Of a stretch of DNA of 64,000 nt, positions 62,159-64,000 are shown one piece after another. The position numbers and the translations under genes are program-made. This DNA comes from Phoronis australis. Its lineage: Eukaryota; Animalia; Phoronida. The notes below the pieces were generated by a model that had not been told where the DNA came from, made no database searches, and worked only from the letters and a program-made list of their open reading frames with translations. Within the stretch, counting starts at the first letter, position 1, and each line of letters begins with the position of its first letter. The DNA lies in the NCBI GenBank assembly GCA_002633005.1, contig NMRA01000081.1:65625-129624 (forward strand). Direction: 5' to 3'.

Positions 62159-63755
62159 CTTGTCCTCGATGATGTGAGATGGCGTTGACACTTAATGAAA
62201 TCGAACACGAGAAACTAGACAGTGGTGAGTAAGTACTAAATCTGCTTCCATCCAAAATGTGAGGCGTAAGTTCCCACAACAAATCCCTGGATACATCACT
62301 GGTGTCTTTCCCAGAGGACACAGTTGGATTCCACGTAACTCCGGTTTTGTTTAATCAAATATTTATCCGAAAGAATGTTTATTCTACTAGTCCTATGCTG
62401 TCCACCTGGTACAGCTGAGAGAACTGTGTTATTTTTACTGTCCTTCATGCTGCTGTTGGATCAAACATCATCAAATATCTGAAATACAAAAATCAATTTA
62501 GATTAATAGTATGAAAACAAATACAATACACTTGTAAATACCCGAAAAACTTTGTGTATTACTAATAATGGTCTCGACATCAAAACATTTTTAAAAGTCA
62601 ACCAAAAAGCGGGTGTAACTATTTTTTCCACATGGGTCTGAGAACAAAAGTTTTAAAAAAGTAGACGAGTTTTACCAAATTTCGTCTGACATTGTTGAGC
62701 TTATGATACAAACCCTGAAAGAAAACAGACAAGAGGTAACACCAAATTATTCGTAAATTAACCGAAAATTTTTGCTTCAAAATTTCAGCAATTTTCAACA
62801 AGATTATTAATTATAGTAAATTTTTAAAAAAATGCTGCACCTGTATGTTTATACTGGGTTCACATGAATGCCGAAAATGCTAGAAGTTTTACCCGCTGAA
62901 ATGCTATTAGTATGGAGAATGCTAATGTTTCAGCTAGACTGACAAGCTTTCTGCAAAGGGGTCACTTTCCCAAGCACTAGTTTTGTTTCCCCACCACCTG
63001 AATCCCTTTTAAGCAAAAATGGTTTCAAAACATGCTCACTCTCAGCCAATGTAGCAATAAAACAAAGGCCTCCTATCCCTGAGAATGTGTTTCCATTGAA
63101 GGAAGTGGTTTGGTAACAAAACAGCCAGCAAAAATGCCAGGGGCAACTCAAACCTCCAGCAAAGCACCAGAAGTTGCCACTTGTCACCTTTCACACGACT
63201 GGCATTTTTGCTACAAGCGAACATGTTAGTGAAAACACGTTTTAGTCTAACTGTGAACGAGGTATTAGAAAAAAAACTATGATGGTTTAATTTGTCCACA
63301 GAGCAGTGAAATTTACGGATCAGTTGAAAGACGTTTAAGCAATGTTCAGTCATCAAAATGCACCAGTGATGAACACTAGGCAAAAACAGGTCTTAGACTA
63401 TGGTGCAAGACAACTCTCAGGGCATTCTTTGTAGACCACACAATGTTCCTCTCGGTTAAAATGAATGCAGACGTAGAAAAAGATTGAAACGTACATAACA
63501 ACACCAGAACAGCTCCTGAAGCAGCAGCACTAAGGTATCAGGAAATGCCTCACACTTGTGTCAACTCACAGCCACTTCTTGTAAACACTATGCCAGACTA
63601 AACAGTTGAGTATATAGCTTTTTACCATGGACCACTGCATGTAACTGGTAAACTAATAAGCCACTATCTAATATCCATGCCCCCAAAAAACCAGCAGAGA
63701 AAGCACGAAGCAGGTGATCAAGAATCAGAGCTTCGCAACATTTCCAACTGGATTA

Positions 63756-63935
63756 GGCAGTGTGGCCTGGTGGTTTGAGTGTCGGCTGCCTCAAGGTCAT
63801 GGGCTCAAATTCCACTAGACTCTACTGCTAGACTCCTGGGTCAGGTCTTAAGCTCCTCAGCTAGATTTTAATTTGTGCATAAGTGTTATATGTACATGTT
63901 AATAAATACTGTATATAGGTAAATAAAACAACAAG
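63756..63935 (+). mobile_element. tRNA-derived SINE, degenerate
   Basis: A-box-like TGGCCTGGTGG and B-box-like GGCTCAAATTCC in a tRNA-like head that does not give a full cloverleaf, followed by an A-rich tail (aataaaacaacaa). Confidence 0.55.
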
Positions 63936-64000
63936 AATGGATCAACAGAAATTTTCGGATATAATAACATCCTTCGTCAAGAGAAACAGAATTAAAGTAA

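Noticed and set aside
62031-62321. 96-aa overlapping ORF as a frameshifted N-terminal extension of SLC45A3
   Set aside because: It starts at GTG with an upstream stop and no ATG, and SLC45A3 homology is complete from the ATG at 62158.
63756-63820. Possible tRNA gene
   Set aside because: The B-box is degenerate, there is no complete anticodon or acceptor stem, and a SINE-like body and tail follow.

Overview
AT-rich, intron-rich animal genomic DNA. The gene set and repeats suggest a marine invertebrate, but the species cannot be fixed from this window. Five spliced genes were reconstructed by hand with GT-AG boundaries and continuous reading phase: a KIF6-like kinesin (minus, runs off the left edge), ADAR1 (plus; two Z-alpha-type domains, one dsRBD, deaminase; 921 aa), NUP50 (minus, 478 aa), PHF21A/B (plus, 442 aa, head-to-head with NUP50) and SLC45A3 (minus, 571 aa). 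Between them lie a decayed L1/Tx1-type LINE, an LTR-like segment, a 605-bp foldback element with a 9-bp target-site duplication, small MITEs, a tRNA-derived SINE and minisatellites. Several tandem near-duplications each contain or abut a single N and are probably uncollapsed haplotypes. No CRISPR, rRNA or intact tRNA was found, and I cannot support a wholly new biological system. The best leads are the ADAR1 architecture and its kappaB-like promoter, the nearby long hairpin, a kinesin loop-12 insertion, NUP50-PHF21 microsynteny, a candidate hammerhead ribozyme and two duplicated splice-site structures.
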